A stretch of 64,000 nt of DNA from contig NZ_LSNE01000007.1 of assembly GCF_001565895.1 (NCBI RefSeq), positions 256,845 through 320,844 on the forward strand. Reading direction: 5' to 3'. The position numbers and the translations under genes were made by a program. Shown here piece by piece: positions 46,924 to 58,478 of this stretch (position 1 is its first letter; every line of letters begins with the position of its first letter). Under the pieces are notes generated by a model, which was not told the DNA's origin, did no database searches, and saw only the letters and a list, made by a program, of their open reading frames with translations. The stretch comes from Paraglaciecola hydrolytica (GTDB lineage: Bacteria > Pseudomonadota > Gammaproteobacteria > Enterobacterales > Alteromonadaceae).

Positions 46924-48225
46924 GTGAGACTTTTACCTAAAAGCGCCTTTGGCCAAACAGTTTTGTTGATTGGCATGTTATTACTGATCAACCAGACTGT
47001 GTCGTATTTATCGGTTACTTATTATTTTATCCGTCCTAATTACCAACAGATCAATAATTTGCTCGCGACTCAAATAAAACTGGTCTTTATAGGTGATCGC
47101 AACCACTTTGACCCAGAACTCAGTCGGCGTTTTTATGCTGCCACCGGGATCAGGGTTTACACCCAAAGACAGGCCGTAACACAGGGGCTTGAGCAAGCCG
47201 TTTATTATCAGTATTTATCCATCAAAATGTCGGAAAAACTCGGAGGTGAAGCTGAAGTTCGCATCACCCCCGGCGATCCCTATTTGTTTTGGGTTAGACC
47301 ACCACAAAACCCTAATTTATGGATCACCATCCCGATGATAGGTGTTGGTGAGCCGGACATTTCACCTTTGACTATTTATTTATTGGTGATTGGTATTTTA
47401 AGTGTAGGTGGTGGTTGGATCTTTGTGCGGCGTTTAAACCGCCCACTCAAAGCCTTACAGGATGCAGCAATATTAGTGGGTAAAGGTCAAGTGCCTGAGC
47501 CTCTCAAAAAAGAAGGATCTACCGAATTAATGGCCGTCACTCACGCCTTTAATCAAATGGCCAAAGGCATAAAACAACTTGAAGATGATAGGGCTTTACT
47601 TACCGCAGGTATTTCTCACGATTTACGCACACCTTTGACCCGTATCCGCCTAGCAACCGAGATGTTGCCCGATAGTCAGGAGTGGATCAAAGAGGGCATA
47701 GTGCATGACATTGAAGATATGAACGAAATTATCGATCAGTTTATTGATTATGTACGCCAGGATCAGCAAGAAAAGCTGCAAGAAGGTGACATCAATGTTT
47801 TGATCAACGAAGCAGTGCAAGCCCGTAATATTGAAGAAGATCATAATATTCAATTGGATCTTGAGCCCTTGCCCTACTGCATGATCCGTCGGGTTGCCTT
47901 AAAACGAGTACTGGATAATTTAATTGAAAACGCCTTTCGCTATGGCAGTAATGACATCGAGATTACCTCGCGTTTTCTAAAAAAAGACAAACAACTGTGT
48001 TTTGCTGTTCGTGATTTTGGCCCAGGTATCCCTGAGGATCAGATGGAGCGCTTGTTTGTGCCTTTTACCCAAGGTGATAAAGCCCGAGGTAGTTTAGGTT
48101 CAGGTTTAGGTTTAGCGATTATCAAACGTATAGTTGAAATGCACGGTGGTAATGTATCTTTGGCTAATCATGCCAAAGGCGGCCTTGTTGCTAAGGTTAC
48201 TATCGCCTATCAAGCGGTTTCCTGA
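46924..48225 (+). CDS. envZ: Osmosensor histidine kinase EnvZ
   Basis: Two TM helices plus a periplasmic loop, HAMP, an H-box ([17 protein letters not shown]) and an HATPase domain. GTG start. Confidence 0.85.
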   Translation: MRLLPKSAFGQTVLLIGMLLLINQTVSYLSVTYYFIRPNYQQINNLLATQIKLVFIGDRNHFDPELSRRFYAATGIRVYTQRQAVTQGLEQAVYYQYLSIKMSEKLGGEAEVRITPGDPYLFWVRPPQNPNLWITIPMIGVGEPDISPLTIYLLVIGILSVGGGWIFVRRLNRPLKALQDAAILVGKGQVPEPLKKEGSTELMAVTHAFNQMAKGIKQLEDDRALLTAGISHDLRTPLTRIRLATEMLPDSQEWIKEGIVHDIEDMNEIIDQFIDYVRQDQQEKLQEGDINVLINEAVQARNIEEDHNIQLDLEPLPYCMIRRVALKRVLDNLIENAFRYGSNDIEITSRFLKKDKQLCFAVRDFGPGIPEDQMERLFVPFTQGDKARGSLGSGLGLAIIKRIVEMHGGNVSLANHAKGGLVAKVTIAYQAVS

Positions 48226-48363
48226 TTTATATACCCAAGGTATTAAACTTTCGCACTGCGACGTTTTAGAGTACTTATTGGTATTGCGCCTTTAAAACTC
48301 CACGACTATGATGTTGGACGAAAAACCACCACAAGTCGTGTCAGTTTACATAAGGAAATTAAA

Positions 48364-48936
48364 ATGAAGAAGCGCGCAATAATTATCATGTTAGCCATGG
48401 CTGGCATGCAATCACCTCTCTTAGCCAAAGACTCCCCTCAAGATTCTTGTAAAAATGCCGCGGCCTTGTATGCCGATGGTGATCTTGATGGTGCGCTCGA
48501 AGAAGCCAAATGGTGTGTGACCTTGCTTGAGCAAATGAAACAGGAAAACATCGCTAAGTTTTTTAAAGACAGCATTCTTGGTTATAAAGGTGCTGAGCTT
48601 GAAAGTCAGAACGCCATGGGTTTTACCAGTACTAAACGGGAATATCAAAAAGGGGATGCTTATATCTCAGTGAGCCTTAGTGGTATGGCAACCGGAAGTG
48701 GTATGGATGCTTTTGCCGCCTTAGCACAAATTGGTTTAAGCGCCGGTGGTGGTAAAAAAGTACGTATTCAAAAGCGCTCAGCGGCCATTATGGCAGATGG
48801 TAGCAACGTGCAAATTTTGGTCACCCTGAAAAAAGGTGGCACCTTGGTGTTTGAATCAAACTATGTCAATGCCGATGAAGTGCAAAAATTTGCTGAAGCT
48901 TTTCCGATTGAAGAATTAGACGATTCTCGCGGTTAA
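48364..48936 (+). CDS. Hypothetical secreted protein
   Basis: 190 aa with a signal peptide. No recognisable domain. Confidence 0.4.
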   Translation: MKKRAIIIMLAMAGMQSPLLAKDSPQDSCKNAAALYADGDLDGALEEAKWCVTLLEQMKQENIAKFFKDSILGYKGAELESQNAMGFTSTKREYQKGDAYISVSLSGMATGSGMDAFAALAQIGLSAGGGKKVRIQKRSAAIMADGSNVQILVTLKKGGTLVFESNYVNADEVQKFAEAFPIEELDDSRG

Positions 48937-48958
48937 ATTTGTAGTTTAAACAATAACA

Positions 48959-48995
48959 GCCGCATATTGCAGTGATGCAGTATGCGGCTTTTTTT
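48959..48995. terminator. Bidirectional Rho-independent terminator
   Basis: gccgcata-loop-tatgcggc followed by ttttttt. Confidence 0.5.
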
Positions 48996-49884
48996 AGCTT
49001 TGTTGTTGACTAAAACCAAAAGTACCGGCGTGAATACTTTCTACATCAATCGCGTCAAAACGGTATTCAGTATGACAGTATTGGCAGTTCATCGAGACAG
49101 CACCTTGTTCTGCAACGATATCGAGTAACTCTTCTTTTCCTATACCTGAAAGAGCGGTGGCGGTCTTTTCACGGCTACAGCTGCATTTAAATATTACGTT
49201 TTGGGCAGGATAAACTTCTACCTCTTCTTGATGATAGAGGCGATACAAAATTTCATCGACCGGCAGAGTAAACAACTCTTCGTTTTTAATGGTTTCGGTT
49301 ATTTTACACAGGTGGTCAAAGTCGGTATCGGCCGCATCAGTAGCTGCGCTGCTGGTGGGCATGATCTGTAAAAATAGTCCGCAAGCCTTAACTGGTGAAG
49401 CATCGTGTTGGGTGCGAATAATTACTTTAGTGGCCAGTTGCTCAGATTGGTCAAAATAACTTTCGATACATTCGGCTAAAGTGGGTTTATCCAGTGCCAC
49501 TATACCTTGATAACGTTCACCTTCGTTGGGGGTAATAGTGATCACCATCACGCCTTTTTGTAACAAGTCCGCAAAAGTTGTGGGCAATTCAGTTAGGCTT
49601 TCATCCCAACGTGCCATACCACGTAATTGTTGATTGTGTGTGCCATTAATTACGGCATAACTTAAGGGGCCTTCACCTTGCAGTTGCACCGCGATATCCC
49701 CTTCAAATTTGATGGTGGCAGTGAGTAAACTGGCAGCAACCATAAGTTCACCGAGTAATTGCTGGATCACCGGTGGATAGTCGTAAGAATCCAGAATGGC
49801 TTGGTAAGTTTCTTGTAAACGTACCATCTCGCCCCGCACGTTGCCTTTATTAAATAAATATCGATGAAGCTGATCAAAAGCCAT
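48994..49884 (-). CDS. hslO: Redox-regulated chaperone Hsp33
   Basis: MAFDQLHRYLF start and a C-terminal CxC...CxxC zinc centre (CSCS...CQYC). The ORF-track start at 49977 is probably too long. Confidence 0.85.
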   Translation of the reverse strand: MAFDQLHRYLFNKGNVRGEMVRLQETYQAILDSYDYPPVIQQLLGELMVAASLLTATIKFEGDIAVQLQGEGPLSYAVINGTHNQQLRGMARWDESLTELPTTFADLLQKGVMVITITPNEGERYQGIVALDKPTLAECIESYFDQSEQLATKVIIRTQHDASPVKACGLFLQIMPTSSAATDAADTDFDHLCKITETIKNEELFTLPVDEILYRLYHQEEVEVYPAQNVIFKCSCSREKTATALSGIGKEELLDIVAEQGAVSMNCQYCHTEYRFDAIDVESIHAGTFGFSQQQS

Positions 49885-50009
49885 GTTGTTTACCTTATTT
49901 TTCAAATTATATTTTATCGTCAGTCTATACCCCTTATTCTTAGAATTGCACGGCGGCGAATGAGTGCAGCCAACCAATGTGCAGTTCCAAGGATGAAGGG
50001 TATAAAACG

Positions 50010-50408
50010 CTACTGCTGCTTAAACTGAATTATCTGCCGTCGTTGTTTTTTGTCAGGACGATGGTCAGGTTTAGGGCTATGAAAAGCATTAAGTCGTCTG
50101 GCTTCGGCATTTTTGGCCCGCAGTACTTCGCTTTCAACGCTTTCTTGATACATTTGTCTAGCCAAGGGTGCGCTTTGCCTTTGTGGCCGCAAAGCCAGTA
50201 CCTCAATTTCGACAAGATCATAACCTTGTGGAACTTTTATTTGTGCGCCTAACTCTACTACACGGCTTGGTTTGCAACGTTGGCCGTTGTATTGTACTTT
50301 ACCGCCTGCAATAGCATCCCGAGCTACACTGCGGGTTTTATAAAATCGTGCTGCCCATAACCATTTATCTAGTCGTATTGCTTCTGTTAATTCAGCTTGC
50401 TGGGACAT
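50010..50408 (-). CDS. hslR: Ribosome-associated heat-shock protein Hsp15 (S4 domain)
   Basis: RLDKWLWAARFYKTRS S4 RNA-binding motif. Located upstream of hslO. Confidence 0.8.
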   Translation of the reverse strand: MSQQAELTEAIRLDKWLWAARFYKTRSVARDAIAGGKVQYNGQRCKPSRVVELGAQIKVPQGYDLVEIEVLALRPQRQSAPLARQMYQESVESEVLRAKNAEARRLNAFHSPKPDHRPDKKQRRQIIQFKQQ

Positions 50409-50582
50409 TTATTAAGGCCATATGTTGAGATATTTTTTTTGCGAGCGTTTGCAGAGACATTGTCACGATGAAAACCTGTTAGTTGTGTAATTTTTTTGTA
50501 ACCTTTACTGAATAGAGTTGTGACCCCTCCAGCTACTCGTTATGATTAGCCGGTATCGCTTTGAAGGTCCCACCGAGAATCA

Positions 50583-51527
50583 ATGACAGTCGTAAATTAT
50601 AACGTTAATCAAGTCTGGCTCCAACTGGTCAAACACCAAGCTAGTATAAATAAGCTTATTGTGGTGCTTTTGTGCTTGTTTTTGCTGGCCTATGGCGCAG
50701 AGCTTACTTGGCGTTTACTGCCTGATCCTGTCAATAACAATATGCCAACCACATTGGATAACGTCAGTGCTGTAGCGAGTAGCAGTAATAACGTTAAGTT
50801 AGACTTAGTGGCGGTAAAAAAACTTAACTTATTTGGTGATTTAGCTGCCAAACCTGTGATAGAAACTCAAACGGTGACGGAAGCGCCGGTAACTAAGCTT
50901 AATTTGACTTTAACTGGGGTGGTATCCAGCTCAAGCATTGAAGAAGGTGCAGCGATTATCGAAAATCGTAATCAGCAGCAAACCTATGGTTTAGGTGAAA
51001 AAATAGATGGTACCAATGCCACTTTAGCTGAAGTCTACGTTGATCGTGTCATCATCAAAAACGGCCCAACAAAAGAAACGTTAATGTTGGATGGGGTTGA
51101 TTACAGTAAACCACAAAGTCAAATTACTGCCGCCCAGCCGAGCAAAATTATCCCACTGAAGAATCAAGATAACGAAGAGCGTCGCACCTTATCTTCAGAA
51201 GCCGTTCAGGCAACTCGGGAGTTACAACAGGCTCCGGCCAATTTTACTGATTATATTAATATATCGCCTCATCGTGTTGAAGGTGAGCTGAGTGGTTACA
51301 AAGTGGCACCGGGCAAAAAACCCAGTTTATTTAAATCAGCCGGACTGGTAAATGGTGATGTTATTACCGAATTAAACGGCTTGGATTTAACCGATATGCA
51401 ACAATCTCTCGAAGCCATGAATGCCATACGTCAAGCTGAGTCAATTCAAATGACTGTGGATCGTAATGGTGAATTATTGACTATTTATCTGGATTTACCC
51501 CAAGGGGAAGAGGAAGCTGTAGAATGA
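50583..51527 (+). CDS. gspC: Type II secretion system protein C
   Basis: N-terminal TM segment, HR domain and C-terminal PDZ-like domain. First gene of the gsp operon. Confidence 0.75.
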   Translation: MTVVNYNVNQVWLQLVKHQASINKLIVVLLCLFLLAYGAELTWRLLPDPVNNNMPTTLDNVSAVASSSNNVKLDLVAVKKLNLFGDLAAKPVIETQTVTEAPVTKLNLTLTGVVSSSSIEEGAAIIENRNQQQTYGLGEKIDGTNATLAEVYVDRVIIKNGPTKETLMLDGVDYSKPQSQITAAQPSKIIPLKNQDNEERRTLSSEAVQATRELQQAPANFTDYINISPHRVEGELSGYKVAPGKKPSLFKSAGLVNGDVITELNGLDLTDMQQSLEAMNAIRQAESIQMTVDRNGELLTIYLDLPQGEEEAVE

Positions 51528-53572
51528 TCTTTACCAGGCCAACACGTGGGCTTAACAAGTTAGTCATTGCTTTGGGGGCCGCCTTGATGGCGATGTCTAC
51601 CATGATAGCTGCGGCAGACTATTCTCCTAATTTCAAAAATACCGAAATCAGTGAATTCATTAATATTGTGGGTAAAAACCTCAAAAAAACCATTATCGTT
51701 GATCCCAACGTGCGGGGAAAAATCACCGTACGTAGTTACGATTTATTGACTGAAGAGCAGTATTACCAATTTTTTCTCAACGTATTACAGGTATACGATT
51801 TTGCGGTAGTTGAAATGCCCAGCGGTGTACTAAAAATAGTCCGCGCAAAAGATGCTAAAACCTCCAATATCCCTGTGGTTGAAGGCGACAAGTTTAATGG
51901 TGATGAAATCATTACTCGTGTTGTACCTCTATATAATGTGCCTGTGCGTGAGTTAGCCCCTATTTTACGTCAGTTAAGTGATTCAGCCGGTGCAGGCAGT
52001 GTAGTGGGGCATGATGCGTCTAACGTGATGATGTTAACGGGTCGTGCAGCCGCAGTGAATCGTTTGGTAGAAATCATCGAAAGAGTTGACCGTGCTGGTG
52101 ATGAAGAAGTTGAAATTGTTAAACTGAAATTTGCATCTGCCTCTGAAATGGTGCGCATTATAGACAGCATTAACAAGTCGCAAGGTGCGCAAAATGCCGG
52201 TGGCAAGTCTGATCCGCGTGTAGTGGCTGATGACAGAACTAACAGTATTATTGTCAGCGGTGATACTAAAGCCCGTGCCCGTTTGGTTAATTTAATTAAA
52301 CGAATGGATCAAGAGTTAGAAACCAGTGGTAATACCCGCGTTATCTTTTTAAATTATTCCAAAGCCGCTGATTTAGTCAAAGTATTACAGGGTGTCAGTG
52401 CCAGTATTCAAGCCGAAGAACAAGGTGCGGCGAAAGGTAAAAACGTTAAAAATCGTGAAGTCAGCATTGACTCTCACGAAGACTCCAACGCTTTAGTCAT
52501 CACGGCCGAGCCCGATATGATGCGCTCACTTGAAGAAGTGATCCGTCAGCTTGATATTCGTCGTGCGCAAGTACAGGTTGAGGCGATTATTGTTGAAGTA
52601 TTTGAAGGCGATGGCACTACCTTAGGGGTGCAATTGGGTAGCGAAAAATTTGGTATGACGCAGTTTACTAATGGTGTGGCTGGTATAGGTACCTTAGCGG
52701 TAGGCGTGAAAGACGCTGCGGGAACCACCACCACCACCACAGGTTTTGACCAAAATGGTACGCCTTACTCTTACGATTCTAAAAGTGCGGCTAATTATGC
52801 CACCCTTGCTGCAGCGCTAGGTGGCATCAATGGTTTAGTCACAGGTATTGTGAAAGATGGCTGGGCCGCAGTAGTACAAGCGGTGAGCACCGATACCAAC
52901 TCTAATGTCTTGGCCACTCCCCATTTAACTACGATGGATAACGAAGAGGCGTTTTTTATTGTGGGTCAAGAAGTGCCAATTATTACCGGATCAACTACAG
53001 GTTCGAACAACGCTAATCCTTTCCAATCGGTTGATCGAAAAGAAGTGGGTATCAAACTTAAAGTCACCCCACAAATTAACGAAGGTGATGCGGTGCAGTT
53101 AACCATCGAACAAGAAGTATCGAGTTTGAGTGGTGCTACCTCAGTAGACGTATTGATCAATAAACGTGAAATTAAAACCTCGGTGATAGTGGATGATGGT
53201 GGCACTATCGTTTTGGGTGGGTTGATCGACGAAGACGTGCAAGAGAGTGTATCTAAAGTGCCATTTTTGGGTGATATCCCCTTGATAGGTAACTTGTTTA
53301 AATCAACCAGTACCAGTAAACGCAAACGTAATTTGATGATTTTTATCCGTCCTACGATAGTGCGTGATGGTGTGACCATGAACGAAATCAGCCATCGTAA
53401 ATATAACTATATTCGCGCTCAACAGCTAAAACGCCAATCTGAAGGTATTCCATTGATGCCCTTTGAAGAAGGTCCAATTTTACCTGACTGGGATGACAAA
53501 CTTAGTTTGCCACCGAGTTTTGAAGAGTATTTAGATAACAAAAACAAAGCTAAAGCCAAGGACAAAAACTGA
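51524..53572 (+). CDS. gspD: Type II secretion system secretin
   Basis: N0-N3 domains plus the secretin domain ([14 protein letters not shown]). Confidence 0.9.
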   Translation: MIFTRPTRGLNKLVIALGAALMAMSTMIAAADYSPNFKNTEISEFINIVGKNLKKTIIVDPNVRGKITVRSYDLLTEEQYYQFFLNVLQVYDFAVVEMPSGVLKIVRAKDAKTSNIPVVEGDKFNGDEIITRVVPLYNVPVRELAPILRQLSDSAGAGSVVGHDASNVMMLTGRAAAVNRLVEIIERVDRAGDEEVEIVKLKFASASEMVRIIDSINKSQGAQNAGGKSDPRVVADDRTNSIIVSGDTKARARLVNLIKRMDQELETSGNTRVIFLNYSKAADLVKVLQGVSASIQAEEQGAAKGKNVKNREVSIDSHEDSNALVITAEPDMMRSLEEVIRQLDIRRAQVQVEAIIVEVFEGDGTTLGVQLGSEKFGMTQFTNGVAGIGTLAVGVKDAAGTTTTTTGFDQNGTPYSYDSKSAANYATLAAALGGINGLVTGIVKDGWAAVVQAVSTDTNSNVLATPHLTTMDNEEAFFIVGQEVPIITGSTTGSNNANPFQSVDRKEVGIKLKVTPQINEGDAVQLTIEQEVSSLSGATSVDVLINKREIKTSVIVDDGGTIVLGGLIDEDVQESVSKVPFLGDIPLIGNLFKSTSTSKRKRNLMIFIRPTIVRDGVTMNEISHRKYNYIRAQQLKRQSEGIPLMPFEEGPILPDWDDKLSLPPSFEEYLDNKNKAKAKDKN

Positions 53573-53573
53573 G

Positions 53574-55136
53574 ATGGCCAGTGAGCACCTCAGTACCGTG
53601 GATGCAGAAGAGCAGGCTTTAATCGAAGCAGGCGCAGATATTGATGCGCCTATTGATGAGCCTGAACACAAACAACTGGCCTTTAGTTTTGCTAAACGTC
53701 ATCAAGTTTTGTTGGATACCGGCGAAACCCCGGCCATTCTTTATCATACGATTGATACTCAATTGGCGGTATTTGCCGAAGTGAGGCGTTTTTTAGGCGC
53801 TGAATTTAGGCTGAAAGAAATCGAGTTAGGCCGTTTTGAAACCTTATTAACTCAGGCTTTTCAACGCGATTCATCGGCCGCTAAACAGTTGATGGAAGAC
53901 ATAGGCAACGAAAGTGATTTATTTAGCCTAGCCGAAGACTTACCCGATACCGAAGATTTACTTGAAAGCGAAGACGATGCTCCCATCATCAAACTCATCA
54001 ACGCCATGCTTGGCGAAGCCATTAAAGAGGGCGCGTCGGACATTCATATCGAAACCTTTGAAACCCAGTTGTTAGTACGTTTCAGGGTAGATGGGGTATT
54101 ACGTGAGATCTTAAAACCCAATCGTAAAATGGCCTCTATGCTGGTCTCGCGGATCAAAGTTATGTCGCGTATGGACATCGCTGAAAAACGCGTACCCCAA
54201 GATGGTCGTATTACTTTACGTATCGCCGGTCGTGCGGTAGATGTGCGGGTTTCAACTATGCCATCGAGCCATGGTGAGCGTGTGGTATTACGTTTATTAG
54301 ATAAAAATAACGTGCGCCTAAACCTACTTGATTTGGGCATGACCAAAGAAAATCGGGCGCAATTTGCTGGGCTTATCCGCAAACCTCACGGCATTATTTT
54401 GGTTACTGGACCAACGGGCTCCGGTAAATCCACCACTTTATATGCGGGTTTAAGTGAAATTAACTCCAAAGATCGCAACATCTTAACTGTCGAAGATCCC
54501 ATCGAATTTGATTTACAAGGTATAGGCCAGACTCAGGTTAACCCTAAAGTGGATATGACCTTTGCTCGTGGTTTACGTGCCATTCTGCGGCAGGATCCTG
54601 ATGTGGTGATGGTCGGCGAAATCCGCGATTTAGAAACCGCACAAATAGGCGTACAGGCCAGTTTAACCGGTCACTTAGTGATGTCGACTCTGCATACTAA
54701 TACTGCCGCTGGTGCGATTACCCGTTTAGAAGATATGGGTATAGAGCCCTTTTTATTATCATCCAGTTTGTTGGGGGTATTATCACAACGTTTGGTGCGT
54801 ACCTTGTGTAGTAATTGCAAAGTAGCCCATAGTCCAAGTGAGCAAGAATGCGAAATCCTTGGACTTAAAACAAAAAAAGCTGAGCTTGCAGAAATCTATT
54901 CGCCTAAAGGCTGCGCTGCCTGTAATCAAACCGGTTATCGTGGCAGAACCGGTATTCATGAACTTTTGTTAGTAGACGAAGGTATTCGAGATCTCATCCA
55001 CAATGGTCGTGGTGAACAAGCCATCGAAAAATATATTCGCAAAAATACCCCCAGTATTCGGGAAGATGGCTGTTTAAAAGTCTTACAAGGCATGACCTCA
55101 CTTGAAGAAGTGTTACGTGTTACGCGAGAAGACTAA
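53574..55136 (+). CDS. gspE: Type II secretion ATPase
   Basis: Walker [10 protein letters not shown] and a tetracysteine C-terminus (CSNC...CAAC). Confidence 0.9.
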   Translation: MASEHLSTVDAEEQALIEAGADIDAPIDEPEHKQLAFSFAKRHQVLLDTGETPAILYHTIDTQLAVFAEVRRFLGAEFRLKEIELGRFETLLTQAFQRDSSAAKQLMEDIGNESDLFSLAEDLPDTEDLLESEDDAPIIKLINAMLGEAIKEGASDIHIETFETQLLVRFRVDGVLREILKPNRKMASMLVSRIKVMSRMDIAEKRVPQDGRITLRIAGRAVDVRVSTMPSSHGERVVLRLLDKNNVRLNLLDLGMTKENRAQFAGLIRKPHGIILVTGPTGSGKSTTLYAGLSEINSKDRNILTVEDPIEFDLQGIGQTQVNPKVDMTFARGLRAILRQDPDVVMVGEIRDLETAQIGVQASLTGHLVMSTLHTNTAAGAITRLEDMGIEPFLLSSSLLGVLSQRLVRTLCSNCKVAHSPSEQECEILGLKTKKAELAEIYSPKGCAACNQTGYRGRTGIHELLLVDEGIRDLIHNGRGEQAIEKYIRKNTPSIREDGCLKVLQGMTSLEEVLRVTRED

Positions 55137-56357
55137 ATGGCCGCTTTTGCTTATAAGGCCATGGATAAAAATGGCAAAAATAAATCCGGAGTATTAGAAG
55201 GCGACAATGCCAGGCAAATACGCCAGCAGTTGCGCGAACAGCATTTAATCCCCATGGAAGTTGCTCAAGTTGCCGACAAAGAACGTCAGTCGCAACAGGG
55301 ATTTACCTTATTTAAAGCGACTATTTCAGCCGCAGATTTAGCTTTATTAACTCGTCAGTTGGCCACCTTAGTCGAGGCTGCTCTTACTATTGAAGAAGCC
55401 TTGTTTGCTGTAGCCGAACAGTGTGAAAAACCCCGTCAGAAAAATATGATGATGGCGGTGCGCTCTAAGGTAGTTGAAGGTCATACGCTGGCCGATGCCA
55501 TGGCAGAGTTTCCTCATGTATTTGACCAGTTATTTCGCGCTATGGTGGCAGCGGGTGAAAAGTCAGGCCATTTAGACACGGTATTAAATCGTTTGGCTGA
55601 TTACACCGAAAAACGTCAACAAACCCGCAGTCAAGTAACCCAAGCCTTGGTCTATCCGGTCATCATGTTATTTTTTGCTCTGAGCATAGTGGTGTTGTTA
55701 TTGACCATAGTCGTACCCAAAATTGTTGGCCAATTTCAGACTATGGGACAAGAGTTACCCACCATCACGCAAATCTTGATCAACGTGAGTGAGTTTTTGC
55801 AAGACTATGGTTTGCTTATGGCGGGTGTAATTGTGCTATTAATTGCGATTACGCTTAGAGTGCTTAAACAACCGGTAATGAAAAAACGCTATCATGCTTT
55901 TATCTTGACCTTGCCCTTGTTAGGTAAGGTATCAAAGGGTTTAAATACAGCACGTTTTGCCCGAACTTTGAGTATTTTATCTTCCAGTGCTGTGCCGCTA
56001 CTCGAAGGTATGCGGATTTCTAGTGACGTACTGGAAAACTTATATATCAAAGATGCGGTCAAAGGGGCGGCGCTGCATGTGAAAGAAGGCTCAAGTCTGC
56101 GAGCAGCCCTTGACCAAACTAAAATATTTCCGCCGATGATGATGCACATGATTGCTTCTGGCGAAAAAAGTGGTGAATTACAACAAATGTTGGCGCGCGC
56201 GGCTGACAATCAAGACCGGCAGTTTGAATCCTTGGTGAATGTGTCGTTAAAAGTTTTTGAACCGCTGTTGATCGTATCAATGGCTGGCATAGTGTTGTTT
56301 ATCGTTTTGGCAATACTACAACCCATTTTGGCATTAAATAATATGGTGAACTTATGA
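55137..56357 (+). CDS. gspF: Type II secretion inner-membrane platform protein
   Basis: Two GspF repeats and three TM helices. Confidence 0.9.
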   Translation: MAAFAYKAMDKNGKNKSGVLEGDNARQIRQQLREQHLIPMEVAQVADKERQSQQGFTLFKATISAADLALLTRQLATLVEAALTIEEALFAVAEQCEKPRQKNMMMAVRSKVVEGHTLADAMAEFPHVFDQLFRAMVAAGEKSGHLDTVLNRLADYTEKRQQTRSQVTQALVYPVIMLFFALSIVVLLLTIVVPKIVGQFQTMGQELPTITQILINVSEFLQDYGLLMAGVIVLLIAITLRVLKQPVMKKRYHAFILTLPLLGKVSKGLNTARFARTLSILSSSAVPLLEGMRISSDVLENLYIKDAVKGAALHVKEGSSLRAALDQTKIFPPMMMHMIASGEKSGELQQMLARAADNQDRQFESLVNVSLKVFEPLLIVSMAGIVLFIVLAILQPILALNNMVNL

Positions 56358-56788
56358 TTAAAAGTGTTAAACAACAAGGTTTTAGCTTAATAGAAGTGAT
56401 GGTGGTATTGCTGATCATCGGCATCATGGCTGGCCTTATCGCGCCATCAATCCTGGGCAATCAGGCCACTGCACAAATTAAAAAAGCGGCGGTAGATATT
56501 CAGCAGCTTGAAAGCGCACTAGAGCTATACAAGCTTAAAACCAATGTATTTCCCACAACCGAGCAAGGTTTGCAGGCTTTGGTGACAGCTCCTACTTCTG
56601 ACCCAGTGCCACGTAATTATCAGGAAGGTGGTTTTATTAAACGTCTGCCTGAAGATCCTTGGGGTAATCCTTATCAGTTACTGAGCCCTGGTGAGCTAGG
56701 GGTGATTGATATTTTTTCTTTTGGGCCTGATATGCAACCCGGTACCGAAGATGACATTGGTAACTGGAATCTTAACGACTATTTATAA
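56354..56788 (+). CDS. gspG: Major pseudopilin
   Basis: Prepilin leader plus GFSLIEVMVV. Confidence 0.9.
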   Translation: MIKSVKQQGFSLIEVMVVLLIIGIMAGLIAPSILGNQATAQIKKAAVDIQQLESALELYKLKTNVFPTTEQGLQALVTAPTSDPVPRNYQEGGFIKRLPEDPWGNPYQLLSPGELGVIDIFSFGPDMQPGTEDDIGNWNLNDYL

Positions 56789-56828
56789 AATGTGTGGCCT
56801 TGCCAGCTAGCACTTAAAATTACCTAAC

Positions 56829-57464
56829 ATGACCCAGCTTCAGCGCAATATGCTTAAACATCACAAACATGCGGGTTTTACCTTGCTTGAAGTGATGTTA
56901 GTGCTGGTGATAATGGGCTTGGCGGCCAGTGCTATTGTATTTGGTTTTGGTGGTCAAGACCGAGTCGAGCAAACCAAAAAACAAAGTCAGCGTTTTGAGG
57001 TGGTGTTTAACATGGCCTCTGATTTTGCGGTGCTTAATCAGCAAACACTAGGTTTGCGCATCGAAGCCGAAAAAAACACCTACCATTTTTTAGTGCTCGA
57101 CGATGAACAACAATGGCAGATGTTTGAAGCCGATCCCACCTTTGCTGCCTATGAATTACCTGAAGACTTTAGCCTCGAACTCAATTTAGATGATTTGCCT
57201 TGGGATACAGAAGACAGCTTATTTGATGACAAAGTTTTCGATGAACAACTCTCGGTTTCCAATGAAGGTGTCGAGATTGGTAAAGAAGAAGAAAAACGCC
57301 CAGAGCCGCCACAAGTATTTATCATGTCTAGTGGCGACATTACGCCATTTTCGCTGTTATTTGGCTATGTCCCCAGTTTTGGCAGTGAGCAAGCGGTGTA
57401 CTTTCGCATTAATGGCGAAGACGCTATACCCCTTAAACGGGAAGGGCCTTTAGATGCGCCCTAG
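56829..57464 (+). CDS. gspH: Minor pseudopilin
   Basis: AGFTLLEVML prepilin motif. Confidence 0.8.
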   Translation: MTQLQRNMLKHHKHAGFTLLEVMLVLVIMGLAASAIVFGFGGQDRVEQTKKQSQRFEVVFNMASDFAVLNQQTLGLRIEAEKNTYHFLVLDDEQQWQMFEADPTFAAYELPEDFSLELNLDDLPWDTEDSLFDDKVFDEQLSVSNEGVEIGKEEEKRPEPPQVFIMSSGDITPFSLLFGYVPSFGSEQAVYFRINGEDAIPLKREGPLDAP

Positions 57465-57855
57465 CTTGATACCACTCAGAAAACTATACAAACAAGCTGG
57501 CCTGACGTTACTCGAAGTGATGGTGGCTTTATTAATTTTTGCGGTGACAGGCTCGGCTATTCTTAAGGCTGCGGGTGATCACTTAAGCAGTGTCAGTATT
57601 ATTCAAGACATGACCTTTGCCACTTGGGTTGCCAATAACCGTTTAACCGAATTACAACTGAGCAAAACGTGGCCACCTAAAAATAATGAAAAAGGCAGTG
57701 AGGAGATGGCCGATCGCACTTGGTATTGGTCACAGCGAGTTGAAAAAACCATTGATGAAGATTTGTTATTAGTTGAAGTCACGGTGAGTAACAATGAACA
57801 GCGTAATGGCTCTGTTACCTCAGTCACCTCTTACTTGGCTAAGCGTACACAATGA
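57454..57855 (+). CDS. gspI: Minor pseudopilin
   Basis: AGLTLLEVMVA motif. Confidence 0.8.
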   Translation: MRPSLIPLRKLYKQAGLTLLEVMVALLIFAVTGSAILKAAGDHLSSVSIIQDMTFATWVANNRLTELQLSKTWPPKNNEKGSEEMADRTWYWSQRVEKTIDEDLLLVEVTVSNNEQRNGSVTSVTSYLAKRTQ

Positions 57856-58478
57856 TTCAGCCGCAGCGTTTTGCCCATCAAGGTTTTACACTGATTGAGA
57901 TATTGGTGGCCATGGCTATTTTTAGCTTAATTGGCCTTGCCAGTACCGGCTTGCTGACCACAGTGATAGATGATGACAAAGCGTCCAGTCAGCGTTTTGC
58001 TGAACTTGAGCAGCTGCAACGCGCCATGCTCACCATTGAGCGGGATTTATTACAAGCCGTGCCACGAGCTGTCAGATTGAATGGCGAAGTCAATCAAGTG
58101 GTTATCCGTGGCGGTGAAGATGAATTAGGTGGCATGGCCGATAGCATTGCTTTTGTACATGCAGGCTGGCATAACCCGCAGTTGATGTTACCCCGTTCTA
58201 CTTTGCAGTTAGTGGGATATCGTTTAGAAGAAAACAAACTCTTGCGGCTCTACGGAAACTATCTGGATAACGTGATTGGCTATGAGCCAAAAACCCGAGT
58301 ATTGCTCGAGGGGATCAGCGATTTTCAAGTTGAGTTTTTAACCAATAGCAATAATGAGGACGACGATTGGCAAGAATCTTATGTTGGTACTGCCTTGCCA
58401 CTGGCCGTGGCGATCACCTTTAAAAGTGACGTTTTTGGTGAAATACGTCGCGAATTTTTATTGGCCAGTGGCGTATGA
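57852..58478 (+). CDS. gspJ: Minor pseudopilin
   Basis: QGFTLIEILVA motif. Confidence 0.8.
   Translation: MIQPQRFAHQGFTLIEILVAMAIFSLIGLASTGLLTTVIDDDKASSQRFAELEQLQRAMLTIERDLLQAVPRAVRLNGEVNQVVIRGGEDELGGMADSIAFVHAGWHNPQLMLPRSTLQLVGYRLEENKLLRLYGNYLDNVIGYEPKTRVLLEGISDFQVEFLTNSNNEDDDWQESYVGTALPLAVAITFKSDVFGEIRREFLLASGV

Noticed and set aside
52720-52745. (acc)5 trinucleotide run in gspD as a possible repeat element
   Set aside because: It is a short homopolymeric-codon tract encoding a Thr run (TTTTTT) within a loop region. It is too short to be a meaningful repeat element.
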